This document shows, one piece after another, positions 33,443-52,528 of a DNA stretch of 64,000 nucleotides (position 1 is its first letter; each line of letters starts with the position of its first letter). The notes beneath the pieces were generated by a model. That model worked only from the letters and a program-made list of their open reading frames with translations. It searched no databases and had not been told where the DNA came from. This stretch comes from Tubulanus polymorphus (taxonomy: Eukaryota; Animalia; Nemertea): assembly GCF_964204645.1 (NCBI RefSeq), contig NC_134026.1, positions 25,950,150 to 26,014,149 of the forward strand, in the 5' to 3' direction. A program made the translations under genes and the position numbers.

Positions 33443-35888
33443 TATAACGACACTTTTCACAACCAGTGGATGTTTCACTGAAAAAGTCACAAGGTTGTGA
33501 TATCCGCCGTGTGTGTGTGTGTAGTCCTATTCTTGAGAGAAATCGAATTAAATTCACTTTCAATAGAAACCCGCCTCGGCTTGTGCGAACATTCACGATC
33601 ATATATATATACTAACAAAGCTTCCGCGAATTCTAGTGAAAATCTCTTTATTTGCGATCTGGTGAGAAATTCATAAACATTCTCAGCTGTGTACTGGTCG
33701 TTTTATCAGAATGGTTTTCACCGATTTTCAGAGCAATTATGTTTATGTATGAAATGTCGGATCAGTGGAACTAAATAATGATAAAGGAATGACCATCCAC
33801 GAGCCATAGATAACAATAAATGTAATTGGAAAAATCGTATTAATTTGGTCTAGTGTCCTTACAAACTCAGTCATGGCTTGTTTAATGTCCGTTCTTTTAT
33901 TGCCTCTCTACTATATAACTCGTTTCTCGACGCCGCTCTGAAGTATTTCATAAGTAGGCTTATTAAAGGTGTAGCTCTTAAGTTAGTTCGGAAATAGCTA
34001 GTAGTTTATAGCTATTTAGCTCATTCACCCGGAGTCTCCATGATTATGATTAGTTTGAAGTAGTAAGGCTTAAGCAAAAGTAAGCATTTTGGTGCGGAAA
34101 AAGTAGCCTTTTTCAGAATTACCTGACTCTTTAACAGCACTGAAACAACTCGAGTATCAATTTTCTATAAAAGACAGTTTTTTAAGAGTAAATTTGTAAC
34201 GGGGTCACGGTCACGTCAGAGTGTAGCTATTCTACCATAATATCGAAGAATATCGAAGTATTTCTATTTTACTAGGGGAGAGGGCGACGGGTGTTTGTAT
34301 TCTACATAGATCATATTCTCGCAAAAATATATCATGGTCATGGAAGGAAAAAAGTGGAAGTTTATTCATTTATTTTTTTTATGATTGATCATTCAAAAAG
34401 TTAAGCAATTTATTCTGTGTAAGATACTAATTAATTGATAAGCTAAAGTTTTTTTGTTAAAAAATAGGATATTTACCTAAAAAGATACGGAAGTATCATT
34501 TTAAAATTCAGGATGTCTTCGTGGTACTTTAGTAACACTGTAGTTGCACTTTCCACGGATCTCACGGGACCATTAAATTTCACTTGTCACTCAAGCGCTA
34601 GGATATACTAATTGCCAAGAAGTGATGCTTGGCTTTTGATTATTTGATCAACACTCAAAGTACGTATCACAATTAAGAATGCCGAGACACATATTTTTCA
34701 GATAACTTGCAAGTCAAAAAGTAGCACTTCTCAGCACTTTTTGGTGAGAGGTAAGCACAAATCAGAGCCTAAACAATTGTTTTCCAAAAAGTGGCACTAG
34801 GTAGCATTTAGACTTAATACAAACATGTTACATGCGATATTTTCCACGACAACGACTGTAAGACACGAGTTAAAATTAGTTTCACAAACGATTTATTCTT
34901 ATCTATACGCAACTAATTATAACGCAAGTAGATATACAAACACATACAATTATACAGCAAAAAATAAAGAAAACCATAAACGTCTAAAAACACACAAATA
35001 TACAGATCTCAGTGCGAGGACAAAAACTGAGTGAATGGAATCGATCAGTTCTTACCAAATGAATCAGGAAATACTTTTCAAGAATTTTTTGCTTGGGCAG
35101 ATATTTTCTAAGTCACCTATTTGATAAATAACTGGGGTCTATCCTACGTAGATGAGGGATGTTCTCATCCAATAGTTGAACAGTTATAACGATAAGGTAA
35201 ATGCGGCTTCAGTATTCCGTATTCGGTATTCCGAAACTACCTTGTTTCGGTATCCAAACCGGGTCATGTAAACAAATATAGATTAAAATATAAGAAAAAA
35301 TACATAATTTCTACATCATACAAGTGCATCAAAAGTTTTTCGGTATTAGTAGTATAAATATACAATTGAGATCTACACGAGAGAATAGGAATATAAAGCT
35401 GTTGATTGCATTGTCATGTTACCAGCTAAACATTGCAAATATTGAAACGGTGCATTTTGATTTATAAACAAAATTGATCATAGATACATGTATATATACA
35501 TACGTATTCACAAATCACAGATATTCATCTGAAATCGTCATAAATTTGGATAATACTTTAGTGTGGTGGTTTTTGATTATCATGATAATAATACAACATA
35601 CATGATTATAACAGAAATTAAGCAGAATACTTTAGGTTGAATATCAACCAGCAGCCATCAAATGGCTCTACCTAAACTTCATGACTAAACATAGTTAAAA
35701 GCCATACCAGTTAGTGTGAGCCCGTATGAATGAGAAGTGGCAGGTGTTGATAACTGCCACAAATCATACATTGTATAATAAATGTGTTTATAAATATTTG
35801 TTCAATTCACTACAATAGGAAATATGAATTCTGCAACCCTCAAAAATATCACATCAGCACAAAAAATCACAACACATTGAATTGATTA

Positions 35889-38800
35889 TTAGATAGGAGG
35901 AGTTGGTGGGTGCATGAATGGATCGTAGATTATGTTGCCCGATTTCATTCTGTTTTTTAATTCTCTCACTATCAATTTCTCTTCTTTTTTGACTTTGGCC
36001 AAAACGGAACGATTTTCCAAGGCCCTACGAGATAGGTAGGGTATAACCTCCTCAACAGGTCCGTAGGGTACATACTTATAAACGGAGTACCCAGCTTGTC
36101 CTACAATTGAGAGGCATCAGTTCATTAAACATAGGCTTAGCTTGAAAGACAACTATGATATTTCTATATCCATCAACTTACCTAACGGAAAGCTAACTTG
36201 ATCGCACATACCAAGCAACTGTCCAAAACAAAGAACTCGATCACTAGGTTTAATATCATTCTCCCTCATTCTGTCAGAAAAAAATATCATTATCAATATT
36301 CACCATACCTAATCAATACGTCAATGAATCAAGAATAAGATAGATTAGCTACATACTTTTCAACAGTCAGTCGAACTGTATCTTCATTGTGACTTGCAAC
36401 CATAATAGCAATTTTACCCATTTCTCGCTCTTTGATGTGTTCTACTACTTTACCTAATACATTTGCATAGTTCAAACTCGTGGCTTCATAATTATCACAA
36501 ACCGGATCTGGATATCCCAAAGAATGGGCCCGGGCTCGCTCCTAAAAATTTTGAAATGTCTAAATGAAGATGTTTGATTCTTTTAATAGTGAAATATCAT
36601 TTGACCAGAAAATTACCTGTTCCATGTATGCTCCACGAACTAGTTTTGCGCCAAAATAAAAATTTTCACGTGCCGATAGATTCAAGTCGACAATTATATT
36701 ATTGAATGTTTCCTGAAAATATGAAAAAAGATTGTGACACATTAATAGAAGAATTACTTGTTAATAGGACAGGTAAAGACAGCAATAAGAACTTTACCTT
36801 CAGATAACATTGGTATGTATTGAATATATAGGCTTTTTCTTTATTATACTTTCTCATCATCTCCATAGTGAATCGACTAATAGCTGGCTGGAAGTATGTT
36901 TGTTCAGCATCGACCATCACACGAACATCTTTCTTTTGAGCATACTACAAAACAAACAGACCAAATAGTCACAAAACATTACCCAAGGTATTCTGATTGA
37001 AATCTTTCTGAATAAATACATGTACCGGTAGTTACCTTTGCAATAGTATCTATGCGATCCAACATGTTTTTCATTTGTTGCATCTCTTGATCAGTCATCG
37101 GGGTGAAGCCAGGATTAGCTAAATCCGTCTGAAAGAAACAAAATTTAGAGATCAGCAAAGAATCAAAATCATACTTTCGAAAATCATTTCCTCATAAACC
37201 TAATGATTATGAAAAGAACCTCGCTTGCAAGAATGCAGTACTTAAAACAGTTGTCACCTTTAATTGCTATAGGAACATTTAATCACTCTTGAATATGCAT
37301 ATCAATATTGGCCTGATCGTTAAAAATAAAAATAACGGTACTCCAAAAACGAATTGGAAACGAAGTTAATCCCTTGAAAACAATAGAGTCAACCTAGTCT
37401 TTAAGTTAAACAACAAAACAGGTAGTACTTGTGTAGCAGGTTAAATGGTTTAAACAACAGTATCTATAGGAAGATTGTAGTCCCTTAAAATGCTGGTACT
37501 ATTGCTTGATTTTACTGTTGTTTCGTTCTAATAAGGTTTTTCAACCTACAAGTGCTATCTGTTTTCTCATTTAATTCTATTGAAAAACATTTAGTTAAAA
37601 GTAGCTCAACAAAAGGCCATCTAAAAGTAGCTATAGGAAATTGTTAAACGAATCTGAAAAACACAATCCAATATTAGTTGACTGTATTAAGAAAAGCATG
37701 TTCTCATATGTACAGCACTACATCACAAAAATACAATAAAATACAGAAAAATCCTGATTATAGATGAAATAGTAAATCACCTTATACCCCTGGCAAACAA
37801 ATTACTTCAAAGATCTACCTTACCTACCTCAATATTTTTGATAGTGAGAATCCGTGGGAGGTTCATTTCAACCTCCAACAGGTTATGCCAGTCTAACAAA
37901 TCAATTTTCCTGTAACGAATTATTAATAATACTCCTTGATTAATAATGCTCATTTTATTTGAGTCTAATCAGCAGTAAGGGAATAAAGCACTCTATGAAA
38001 GGACAGAAATCCGACGACTTGAAAACTAATTTCCAATCTCCACAACAATATGAATTAAATGAATAAAAACTAAAGAAAATAATGAATAAATTTACATAGA
38101 ATGATGCATATAATACGAAATGTAAATGGTATGACATCAAAAGGAACTTAAACTTGGTATGGCTACAGTTCAAGCAGCAAATGATTAATTAAAAAGCTGA
38201 TGCAAAGAAAGATAACAGAAATGTTTGACAACACAGAACAAAAATCATCCTCAAATACTAAGTTATGAAAAGCCAATTAAATACATACTGCTACCTCATT
38301 AATAAAATCATGCAGTCGAACCTTGTTGATACAAATTTTATGGGCAACATTGAAACTGTAGTGCAGAGTATGTATTACCCAAATTAATGATTAATAAACA
38401 TGTCAATATTTCAGCCAGGAAATCTAGAAATCATCCAGATAAACAAGTTCTGTATTAAACCAAATAGTATCAACAGGGTCTGACTGTATATAAGATCATA
38501 AACAAGAATCAACTAAGACTTCTTCGCTGTTCATCAATTACATTGAATAAACTGAAATTCATTACAAGAAAATCGATTTCTTTCAACATTCTGAAGATGA
38601 TTCATTACACGCACATGACAATAACTTACCCATCTTTAGTTGCATCTAACAATGTGAACCATTTCTTGCGATCATCGCGCGAAACGGTTACTCCAAGCTC
38701 TTTCAATCTCTGTTTGAATCTATCAGAACTGATCGTCTGCGAAGACGACCCATCTGGATTTTCAGAAATCAAGTTAAATAACCTGCGCATTTCAACCAAA

Positions 38801-41483
38801 GCCTCAGACATTTGCAGCTTAAGAAATAAAAAGGAACACGATAACATGAAAGATCATTTTTCAGAATAAGATATTGGTAAAATTAAATAAATTACAAAAT
38901 TCATCAATCATAGATAATGCCTACCAAGAATTGAGGCCGTCCCAATGCAGTTAGTTTGATAGCAGCAAAACCTGTACTTTGTGTAGACCCTAAAATAATA
39001 TGATAACATATTTCTCTGATAAGCATTTAGAGTTGACAATTCTTCATAAAACTCTTAAATCAGACCATCAACCATACCTGAAACAGCATCAATACTTCTG
39101 AGAAAAATCTCCATCGTCTTATCACATTTTGCTTCATCTTCATAGAAATAGGTTCTCGCTCCAGTCACATTCTCTCGACGATCTCCAAATTCTTCATGAG
39201 CACGATAGCGCACATTTTCATCAGATGCTGCCATACAAATTGATGAGAAGAAAAGATTTGAACATAGGCCTATTGGTTTTCATGTTGCATAGAAATTTTA
39301 GTTATTAGACCCCAAAAAAATTGCTATCAACCCACCTGGTGCATCACCTGCTGAAGTAATACAGGACCTACAATACAAGGAAATGGGTTTGAGTAAAAAT
39401 TGCAGGCTATTGAGTTTACAATACATATTTTTCATTCTTACTCCATTTCAGCATCTTTGGCTTCAGCTTTAGTCAGATCTTCCTCAACGCTATAATCCAA
39501 GATCGACTTAACACCAAAGTGCCTCATTCTGTTGATAGCTGGTTTTATGTCATCCTGATCTTCTCCAGCCACAAAATGACCATAAAATGTTGCTCTCATT
39601 AACCTCTTGAATAAAGTCTGTCCAAGGCATTTTCTCACAACTTTTAAAATCTGAAAAATAGCAAATTTGCATCAGTCAGAATTACAACACCAGCAATTAT
39701 TTAGTTGGCCTCTTGAGCCTGAGATTCAATTCGATGGATTTGACAATTAGATTGAGGATCTAAGATTTATTAATTATAGGCACAGGGACTTGTCACGACT
39801 GATAATGGATGAGACCAATGATGGGGGTACCAGTATCCCTGCAACTGTATAATAAAATAACAAGGGTGGCAACAAATTTTCAATCTGACAATGACTTATC
39901 CACTTCAATCGACTGTAATTCCAAAAATTCTCAACCGATTCACATGAAATAAGCTTTAATACAACCTAGAAGATTTTCTGCTTCGAACGAGCCTACAACC
40001 ACCACTCTCCGACAATTATCTCACAACGAAATCACCTTTTTTTGACGAGAGATAGCTCAAAATGGAGGTGTACCGATTCTATGGTGGACAGCAAAATGGT
40101 CGTTTTTTTCAATTCAAACGATGATTTCTATGTGAGATCTTAGAGAAAACCCCAACAAACCATACATTTTTTAAAACAACGCGGTCATACCTGTACGCTT
40201 ATCTCATTTATTTGTATAATCCACGCGATGGGTGAGCTCACAAGCTCAAAATCGAAAATGAGGACGAACACGGCGTTCAACTTGTCATCAACTGGGCGGC
40301 CATTAATCACGTGATATCGTGGTAACGGGCTAAATATTTCACGCGCATTGATTGGCTTAGAGATTTCGAAAAACATTACAAAATTTATCAAAAGTTCTGT
40401 TAATTAATAAAATATCCGTATTATGAAAATATAGTGCAACATTCGTCTGAGGGGTGGTATTATTAGCAAACATTTCCTTTTTTCAAGTCTACAGACGTAG
40501 ACTTGTCGCGGTTTTATTAACATAGCCCGAATTTGCACGTCACGTGATTAATGGCCGCCAGCGCGATAGTGCGAGGTGACTTTTTCGTATATTTGTTCGA
40601 TTTTGAGCTTGCGAGCTCACCCATCGCGTGGATTATACAAATAAATGAGATAAGCGTACAGGTATGACCGCGTAGTTTTAAAAAATGTATGGTTTGTTGG
40701 GGTTATCTCTAAGATTTCACATAGAAATCATCGTTTGAAGTGAAAAATACGACCATTTTGCTGTCCACCATAGAATCGGTACACCTCCAATTTGAGCTAT
40801 CTCTCGTCAAAAAACGGTGATTTCGTTGTGAGATAATTGTCCTAGAGTGGTGGTTAAAGGCTCGTTGGAAGCAGAAAGTCTTCTAGGTTGTATTAAAGCT
40901 TATTTCATGTGAATCGGTTGAGAATTTTTGGAATTACAGTCGATTGAAGTGGAGAAGTCATTGTCAGATTGAAAATTTGTTGCCACCCTTGTTTTTTATA
41001 TTATACAGGGATAGTGGACCTGGTCATTGATATTGGTTTTATTCATTCACTATCAATTGTGACAAGTCCCTGTGATTATAGGCCCACAAAATTAACTAGA
41101 TATTTAATTACACAAGATGATTACGATTACTAATTGGTGTAATTTACCTGTCTGTTATTATCCACAAGATAATCGACGGAACACAATTTGTACGTCAGGT
41201 ATGCTCGGAGAAGCTCATAAGTTGTTTTGCTCTTGTACGCTTCGGTTTCGTTCTCGAAAGTTAGATCGAGTTTTTCGTATTCTGGACAGTATGACGTGGC
41301 CGCTTTAGGTCGGTTCGAGTCATTAGTCTGAAGCACAGATTCATTTCTCAACGAAGTAGATGCTGCATCAGCCTTGGATCTAAAGAACGTAATGGTTGAG
41401 CTTTTTGAACCAGTAAATCTATAAAGACGATGCACTATTAATGATTTTCGTGATATAACTGATGCCGTTCGGAGAGACGCCAT
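35889..41483 (-). CDS. PRODH: Proline dehydrogenase 1, mitochondrial (multi-exon)
   Basis: Exon peptides [132 protein letters not shown]; N-terminal mitochondrial presequence-like segment. Confidence 0.97.
38313..38486. mobile_element. Degenerate pogo/Tigger-like MITE in a PRODH intron
   Basis: TIRs CAGTCGAACCTTGTTGATAC / GTATCAACAGGGTCTGACTG, right end followed by TA. Confidence 0.6.
39781..41074. mobile_element. 1.3-kb non-autonomous foldback DNA transposon (P-superfamily-like termini) in PRODH intron 1
   Basis: Termini CACAGGGACTTGTCAC / GTGACAAGTCCCTGTG; perfect 8-bp TSD ATTATAGG (39773-39780, 41075-41082); ~535-bp inverted arms around a ~225-bp spacer. Confidence 0.92.
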
Positions 41484-42044
41484 TTTTTCGATATCATTGA
41501 CATTACGCAATAATAACAAAATATTATTATATAAATGATATTACAATATTTCTTGAAATAGGCATCTATCTTATTCTATTCTTGCAAATTTCGTTCATAA
41601 TATTCAGAAAATAAAAAAGAAAAACTAGAAAAACAAATAATAACGGGTTACAACTATAAAAAAGCGATGCATTACATCAGGATTCGAACCCATCAACTCT
41701 ATCTACTAACCAATCACGCTGAAAGGCGGGGACGTCTCCACCAATCATTTCAGTAGAAATTGAGGTGTGGTTGAGGTCGTAAAAAACATGAAACAAAATC
41801 AGCAGCATTTCAAACGATAATAAAATGTAATTATAAAATTAATCAGAAAGGAATCCTAAAATTAGTTAGATTGAATATTTTTTGGGATTCGAACCGAAAT
41901 TCGCAATGAGATGGTTGTGAGGGACTGCCATTGCGCGACACCCCCGGACTTTGTGGAGCAGGAAATGAAATTCCAGCTTTTCCAAATTTTTTTCTGGACC
42001 CACATTTATTTTATCTACTTGTACTGTATTGTATGTGTTGAATA
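41484..42044. promoter_or_regulatory. Bidirectional promoter region between PRODH and LRRC40
   Basis: Head-to-head ATGs ~560 bp apart; CCAAT motifs (~41710, 41741) and a GC-box-like GGCGGG (~41725). Confidence 0.6.
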
Positions 42045-46192
<4,148 letters not shown>

Positions 46193-47604
46193 TTTGTGGA
46201 AATGGTCTACCATACATAGATCTCTGCCGATTCATTTTCTAGTGTGGGTTGCATATCGTATGAAGTAAAGCAATCGGCTATCTGCTTATATGCATGAAAA
46301 ATGAATAATAAATTGTGATATGTTGATATGTGCTAAGTTGATTGGGTTGAAATATAAGACTACCCGATAAAAATGTCGACCATTGAAGAATGCCTTGCAT
46401 TGACCTGTTATCAATTCTATAATAAAATAAATCAATAAATTATTGCAGTTTTTTCTAATTTCTTTCTGTCCAGAAATGTACCATTCAGCATCTCTGAATA
46501 ATGCTTGCATGAATAATCGCCATTGGAAAGCTGAAGTCTCAAAACATGTACGCAAAACAGTGAAATAAATCTTAAAACTAGCTAGAATACTGGTATCTAT
46601 TTAATTGTTCCAAGAATCAATTACAAATCATAGTGCACACACTTATCACAATTGTCCACGAATAACAATGTCAGTATATACATGTACTCTAATGCCTCAT
46701 CTCCCCCTGAGATCGAATACATAAGGAATGCCTATTCATATCCTCATACAAAGCCTCTGAAAATACAGTGGACTGTGCCACATTAGGTTAAACAGCAAAT
46801 AATTGGCAAAAACACATCAGATAAATATTTGTAGATATTGAGCGTCTCGTCACAGAATTTTAAAAATGAAAAAAGCGTTTCTCGATGTTTAAAGTAATCG
46901 TCATGTACCGTACTGTATTGAGTTTCATGAATTTCTGATGAGATGTTTATAAACAGTACTTTTTGATTATCACATTGTCATTGATAATTAAACATAAATA
47001 TCGCATGAACACATTATTCAAAAAGCCATTAATTGCATTTGAGACTCATGTGAGAAAATGCATATACATTCACATGTACATTTGCATAATTTTCTTATAC
47101 AGCCTATGCTTGATATAAGTGCAAGAAAAAAAAAGAAAGTACATAGGATCAGATCTTATGACACCAGCGAATGGCCAACATTTTACAATAAAATAAAGTG
47201 GACAGAATGCTTCACTACTACACAATGATATTTAGAACACATCACAGCATAAAATAAATATTTGAGACTCAAAATCAGGATTATAAGTACTAAACATAAA
47301 GTAAACTTATCAGGAAGTTAAGTAAAAATCACACCCAGATACAATGAATCACTCAATTATTGCCTAACTCGGTGAGACTCAGATGGCCAAAATTAATGAA
47401 TAACCAATATGGTATGTACTAAGTAAAATATATGGAAATTTGAGCATTTCATCACAGGAAATGTTTACTAACGTTATCAGTATAGAGTTGGAAGGAGTCC
47501 ACTGATCAAACATTATAAACTACATTAAAAAAGCAGAACAATTTTTCACCTATGTAAGTACAAGTACTGTAAACTGTTCATTTGCATTAAAACACTTGTG
47601 CTAA

Positions 47605-50600
47605 CTATACAATATTCTCTTTATTCACACCATTACATCCACTAGGTTGTGTATTATTGCAGTTAATCAAATGTTCAGTTTCCTCTGTTTGTGGTTGGTC
47701 TTCAGGAATACCCTTGTTTTGAAAATTCAGACGATTAGGGATGGAAAGTACAACAATGAGTGATACCATATATACAAGACTGAACATAATGAAAACACAG
47801 TTCACGTCAAAAGGGTATCCAAACTGGCGTCCTTTCGTAATGGACCAAGCAAACAAACTTCCTCCAACAGTTGGAGCAAATGCTCTAAAATAAAAGAACT
47901 TGTATCATAAAGTACCAGTAAGTTTAAACAAAACAAACATGTGAGCACTATCAATACTTGAAAAAACCTTACCTTGCAAGAGCAGCAAAAGTTATACCGA
48001 TACCATTCACTGAGCCAGCAAATGCAGGTTTAACCGAGTTATTCACAAACAAAGCAATTGAACAGAAACAGCAAACAGCACATACTCTGTCTGGTATCAA
48101 CAATATAGTTAAACAACTCCATAGTTGAATCGGTCTGAAATGAATGAAAGTCTGAATGTAGATTGTCAAGACACAAAAATGTATTATCTTTTGAAGGACT
48201 CAATAAACAGCAAGTCGTTAAGTAATACATAGCCTACACAACTATTGCTGGAAAACGACTTACTTGTCATAAACTAGGTGTGTAATTGGTAGAAGGCCTG
48301 CTACTAGCATCATTATGAAGCAGTTGCCCATAAATGCCCGTTTAGCGCCATACCGAACCTCTAGTTTAGGAAAGATCATGATCTGAAGGACAATTGTTGG
48401 CAGAGCGACAAAACCAATAGCTAATCCAATCTTTTCAGTGCTAAATTCCAAACCGTCTGCAAAATATGAATTCAATAATCAATAAAATAGCAACAATTTT
48501 CATTGCTGGTAACAAGGTTTCAGTCAATTCACTGAAATCGGCATTAAATATCTTACCATAATAAGAATCAGTCGAAGCCCAAACTGCAAAAACTTCATGG
48601 TAACCAATAACGGCAAAGGAATATAGAGTGTACAGTACCATGCATTTTTGTACATCTCGACTCCTACATAAACAAAAATAAATCAATAATTCAATTCATA
48701 TTTTTACACCAAAACAATTTACATTGCAACAACAAAACTTGGAACTCAAGAAATCTATATATCATTCCAATACATGCACTTACTTTAACAATGTCACAAA
48801 ATCACTACGGACAAATCTCTGATACAGTGAGTACGTCACTTTCTCATCAGACTTTTCATTGTCATTAACATCAATACTATCCAGTAATATTCTCTGATGA
48901 CATCTGAAGCATACTTTACAATCTACTATTTCTTCTCCATTATTCACAAAATTATTGCTTTTAAAATCTGAATTGATATTGACTGTATCTTGAACTTCGC
49001 CATTAGAAACTTCTTTGAAACCAGATTTCTGTGGAACAAGGCGTAAATCTGGAACACTGATTGAGCGCCTCCGAGATGATCCTCTGAACTCAATTTTCTT
49101 TTCTCCTTGTTGAGAAGTTGCAGGTTTTTTCAAATTGTTTGATTGCCCGAGATGTTGATGAGAGAGAGCTCTGAAGACAGGATTGTGAAGATCGGAATGA
49201 TGACGGCCATCAAAGAGATTTTCCACACTCATTGCAACCCCCGAGATATAAACGTCATCAGTGAAACCCATCTTACATTTGGCACAAACATCATTTTTAG
49301 AATGTACTATAATCAACTTATCAGGCTTTTCTCTAAAATTGAAAGGAAAGAAAGAATATAAATATCATTCCATGATAATTCAATTGCAAAAAGCAATCAT
49401 GGATTTGCATTACATTTACCAGTACATATGATTAATACCAGTAATCTGACTGTAATCAACACACTTACTTCAGCATCTCATTAGTTTCTGGTAGATAGAT
49501 ATACACAATTATAGTTGTGAATATAAGCATTGCACATCCAACTATACATGGCAATAAAAATGGGAACATCCCAAATATACCATTTTTGTCAAAACTGTCA
49601 GGATATTTTTCTACTGGTGTCGCTAGAAACCCTGTAAATCAAATAGCAATGTGACAGGTTTTCTGATGGCTTATAAATTCAAATATTCAAAGTACTCTTC
49701 AATATGTCAGCAGGCATTACCTGAGATGGCAGGACCAAGAAATGAACCGCATCCCCATGCAACTGATATGACAATCATATGTACAGCTTGATTGGAGTTA
49801 TCCGAAACTTCATACAGAACCACTTTTCCAGTACCTATTACTCCTGAAAAAAAAACCACCAAATCCAACAGCGATATGAAAAAATTACCTGTATCTGGAT
49901 AACAACTACACGTTTTTTATGTAACAAACCCTTCAGTCACAGCAATAATGCTTACCATTCATGACACCAGTTAAAAATCTATCAATTATGGCGAACCACA
50001 AATTCGTTGTAAAACCAAACATAAGTGTAAGAATACATAAACATCCCAGGTTTGAAAGTATAACAACACGACGACCTTTTTTATCAGATAACCATCCCCA
50101 GAAATAACTACAGAAAAATAATAAAAACATTGTACATAAAGAACTAGGTACAGGAGGAACGTATAAGTCCTGCTTGAATAAAGCATGCATAATGCTAAAC
50201 ACAAACCTTGCAACAACTCTACCAATAAAAAACGAAGATGCAATTATTCCAGCATAATAGCCCTTCTCCTCTTCTGCATATCCGAGGTACTGAAAATTAA
50301 GAATTCGAGCTCTATAAACAATAATAATTGAATACATGATTTCAAAAACAATACAATGATTTGAGCTATTTTAGACTTACCAATACAAGAGCCGGCAGAA
50401 ATGGAAACATAAATGTAATTGTAAATGCCCCTGCAAACTAATTAGAGACAAATGCATGTTAAATCTTTAAAGACATCAGTTCATTCATTGTAAGAAGTTA
50501 AATTTGACTTTGAAATCTCTTAAAAGCTAACTGTGGAACATTAATTAAGATGGATTGATCTAAGAAGCCAATGTCTAATCAATTACAGTACAAATGCTAC

Positions 50601-50808
50601 TACGCTTCACTAACTTTTCGTTTTCAATACTTACTAAAGCTAGAAATATACAAGCCACAACTCTTCGATTAATCGGTGTGGCTCCCTCTTTTGTAAGTAC
50701 CAAAAATTTGATCATTTTATCACAACAGGATTTTTTCTTTTCACTTTCATGATTAATTTCTTCAGGATGAGAGGACTGTGGCGTAGATTTTTGGGCAGTG
50801 ATTGACAT
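47605..50808 (-). CDS. Major facilitator superfamily transporter, zinc-induced-facilitator-like type (multi-exon)
   Basis: GATPINRR, GYYAGIIASSFFIGR, MFS motif A WGWLSDKKGRR, RFLTGVMNG, LFVNNSVKPAFAGSVNGIG..AALARAFAPTVGGSLFAWS; large hydrophilic central-loop exon ~48780-49330. Confidence 0.88.
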
Positions 50809-52528
50809 TGTTATTTTTTATAAAGCTTGATCATTGAAGCGTTTGATTCATCATTTAAGTGTGTAGCCAAAGCCAATTAAATGCAGATACCTGAAAAATT
50901 ATAAGGCATAATTAAGCTACTAGATTAGAAAAAGTCCTAGCTTGATGGTCAGATTAAAAATGATAGGCCTTCTTCACTTCAAGAACCCAGCCTTTCCTAA
51001 TAGGCTGTTAGACATGTAATCATCACAAATCCATCATGTACTCGATCTCACAGACGGATGGAAGCAGAAGGCCCATCCTCAGGCGCGGATTCAGACTGTA
51101 GCACCGCAGGCACGTGCTACCATCGCGAAAATCTCGTGCCCTTTTTTCATGTCCAAAGTAGAAAAGGGCACATCTTTACAAGACGAGGTAGATAATTTTT
51201 ACAAAAAGCACATAATTCTTCATGATTTTGTCTTTATTACCTGGAAACTACATCTGAATGCAGTTTATAATTTGCTAGAAAGCACTTCGTGTCAGGACTT
51301 AAATTGCTTCAAATTCGCAGCAAAAAGCAGATTTTCAAAATTTCAGAATGCCCTTTTTAATTTCAAAATGCCCTTTTTATAAGTTGTGCTACCCTCGACA
51401 GTGGTCCAGGGACCACTGATCAGGTGATCCTTATTAGTTTACCAGGGTTTGACTGCCCCATGCCGAAGCTTATGTCAACACAAACCTTCACCCAGTGGTT
51501 GTATCCATATTGATCTCCATCGCTCTAAGATACTAAGGTTCTTGGCAATTCCTCCTTGGTCTATTACCTGGTCCATGATTTTTTGGGCGGCCACCAGTCA
51601 AATATTTACAAAGTTCAGCCAATTAGGTTTGTGTCAAGCGTGAACTTCCACAGAGAGAGCTTTAATCGAACCCTGGCAAGCGAGAAGCTCAGCCCCAGTT
51701 TCAAGAAAAAGTGTAAGCCTAGAATGGTTAAGTTTAAATTGTTGTCCTCCAAAACATGAAGTAACAGCAGCGAGATTACACCAAAAATTTGAATTTCATG
51801 ATTTCTGCAACTTTTTGTGAAACTGCTGAGCTGAGTGCAGTGTCCTTCTCTCAGACATTTTGCAATTAAGCTTATTAATCATCAGCGATTTTTTGAATTT
51901 ATGTGACAGATGCATCAGCCGACTCTCAAAAATAAATACCAAAAGTAGGGCCTAAATAAAAGAAATTTTATGTTCATAATTATTTCATTGTTACTTAGCC
52001 CCTTTTTTCAGTGAGGCCCACGACCGGTATTATTTGTATCTATCAGGAATTTGCTTGACAATCATAAACCCTACTTTCAGTAGGTCGTTACAGAGCCCGA
52101 GTTTTTGTTGACGTAAACTCACACTATCGTACTGGAGCCAACCATTTATGAACTAACACACGCGGCTTTTGCATCAGCTGATGGAAGATGCAGTGATGGG
52201 ATGAAGTTTGCTTGCGGTGCGTGTCGTCATCATCAACCGTTCCGGCAGTCACAAACTATTTTCTGAAACGTCCATATCAATAAAAATGTGTTATGATTAT
52301 CTTATATATGTTTAATATGCACCACAAATTGTAGAAAAATCAATGAAAACTGTAATAAGCCATCATCACCGAGAAAGATCGACTATTAGATGTGTCTGAT
52401 GAATAAGCAGTTTCGCTGATTCGTATGACTTGGTTATCGCGGCACTTATGACCTATTTCGGTAGTATTCGATGGAATAGGAAGATCCAGCAGTATTAGCT
52501 TTTTTTCTGTAGCATTTCACTTGCGTAA

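Noticed and set aside
41884-41945. Possible tRNA gene
   Set aside because: A and B boxes are present but there is no complementary acceptor stem or anticodon arm; kept only as a tRNA-like motif.
51079-51400. CAGGCGCGGATTCAG-starting segment with GCCCTTTTT repeats in the MFS 5' intron, and pogo-like fragments near 53300 and 62640
   Set aside because: They look like one-ended MITE remnants; a matching second terminus or TSD could not be established.
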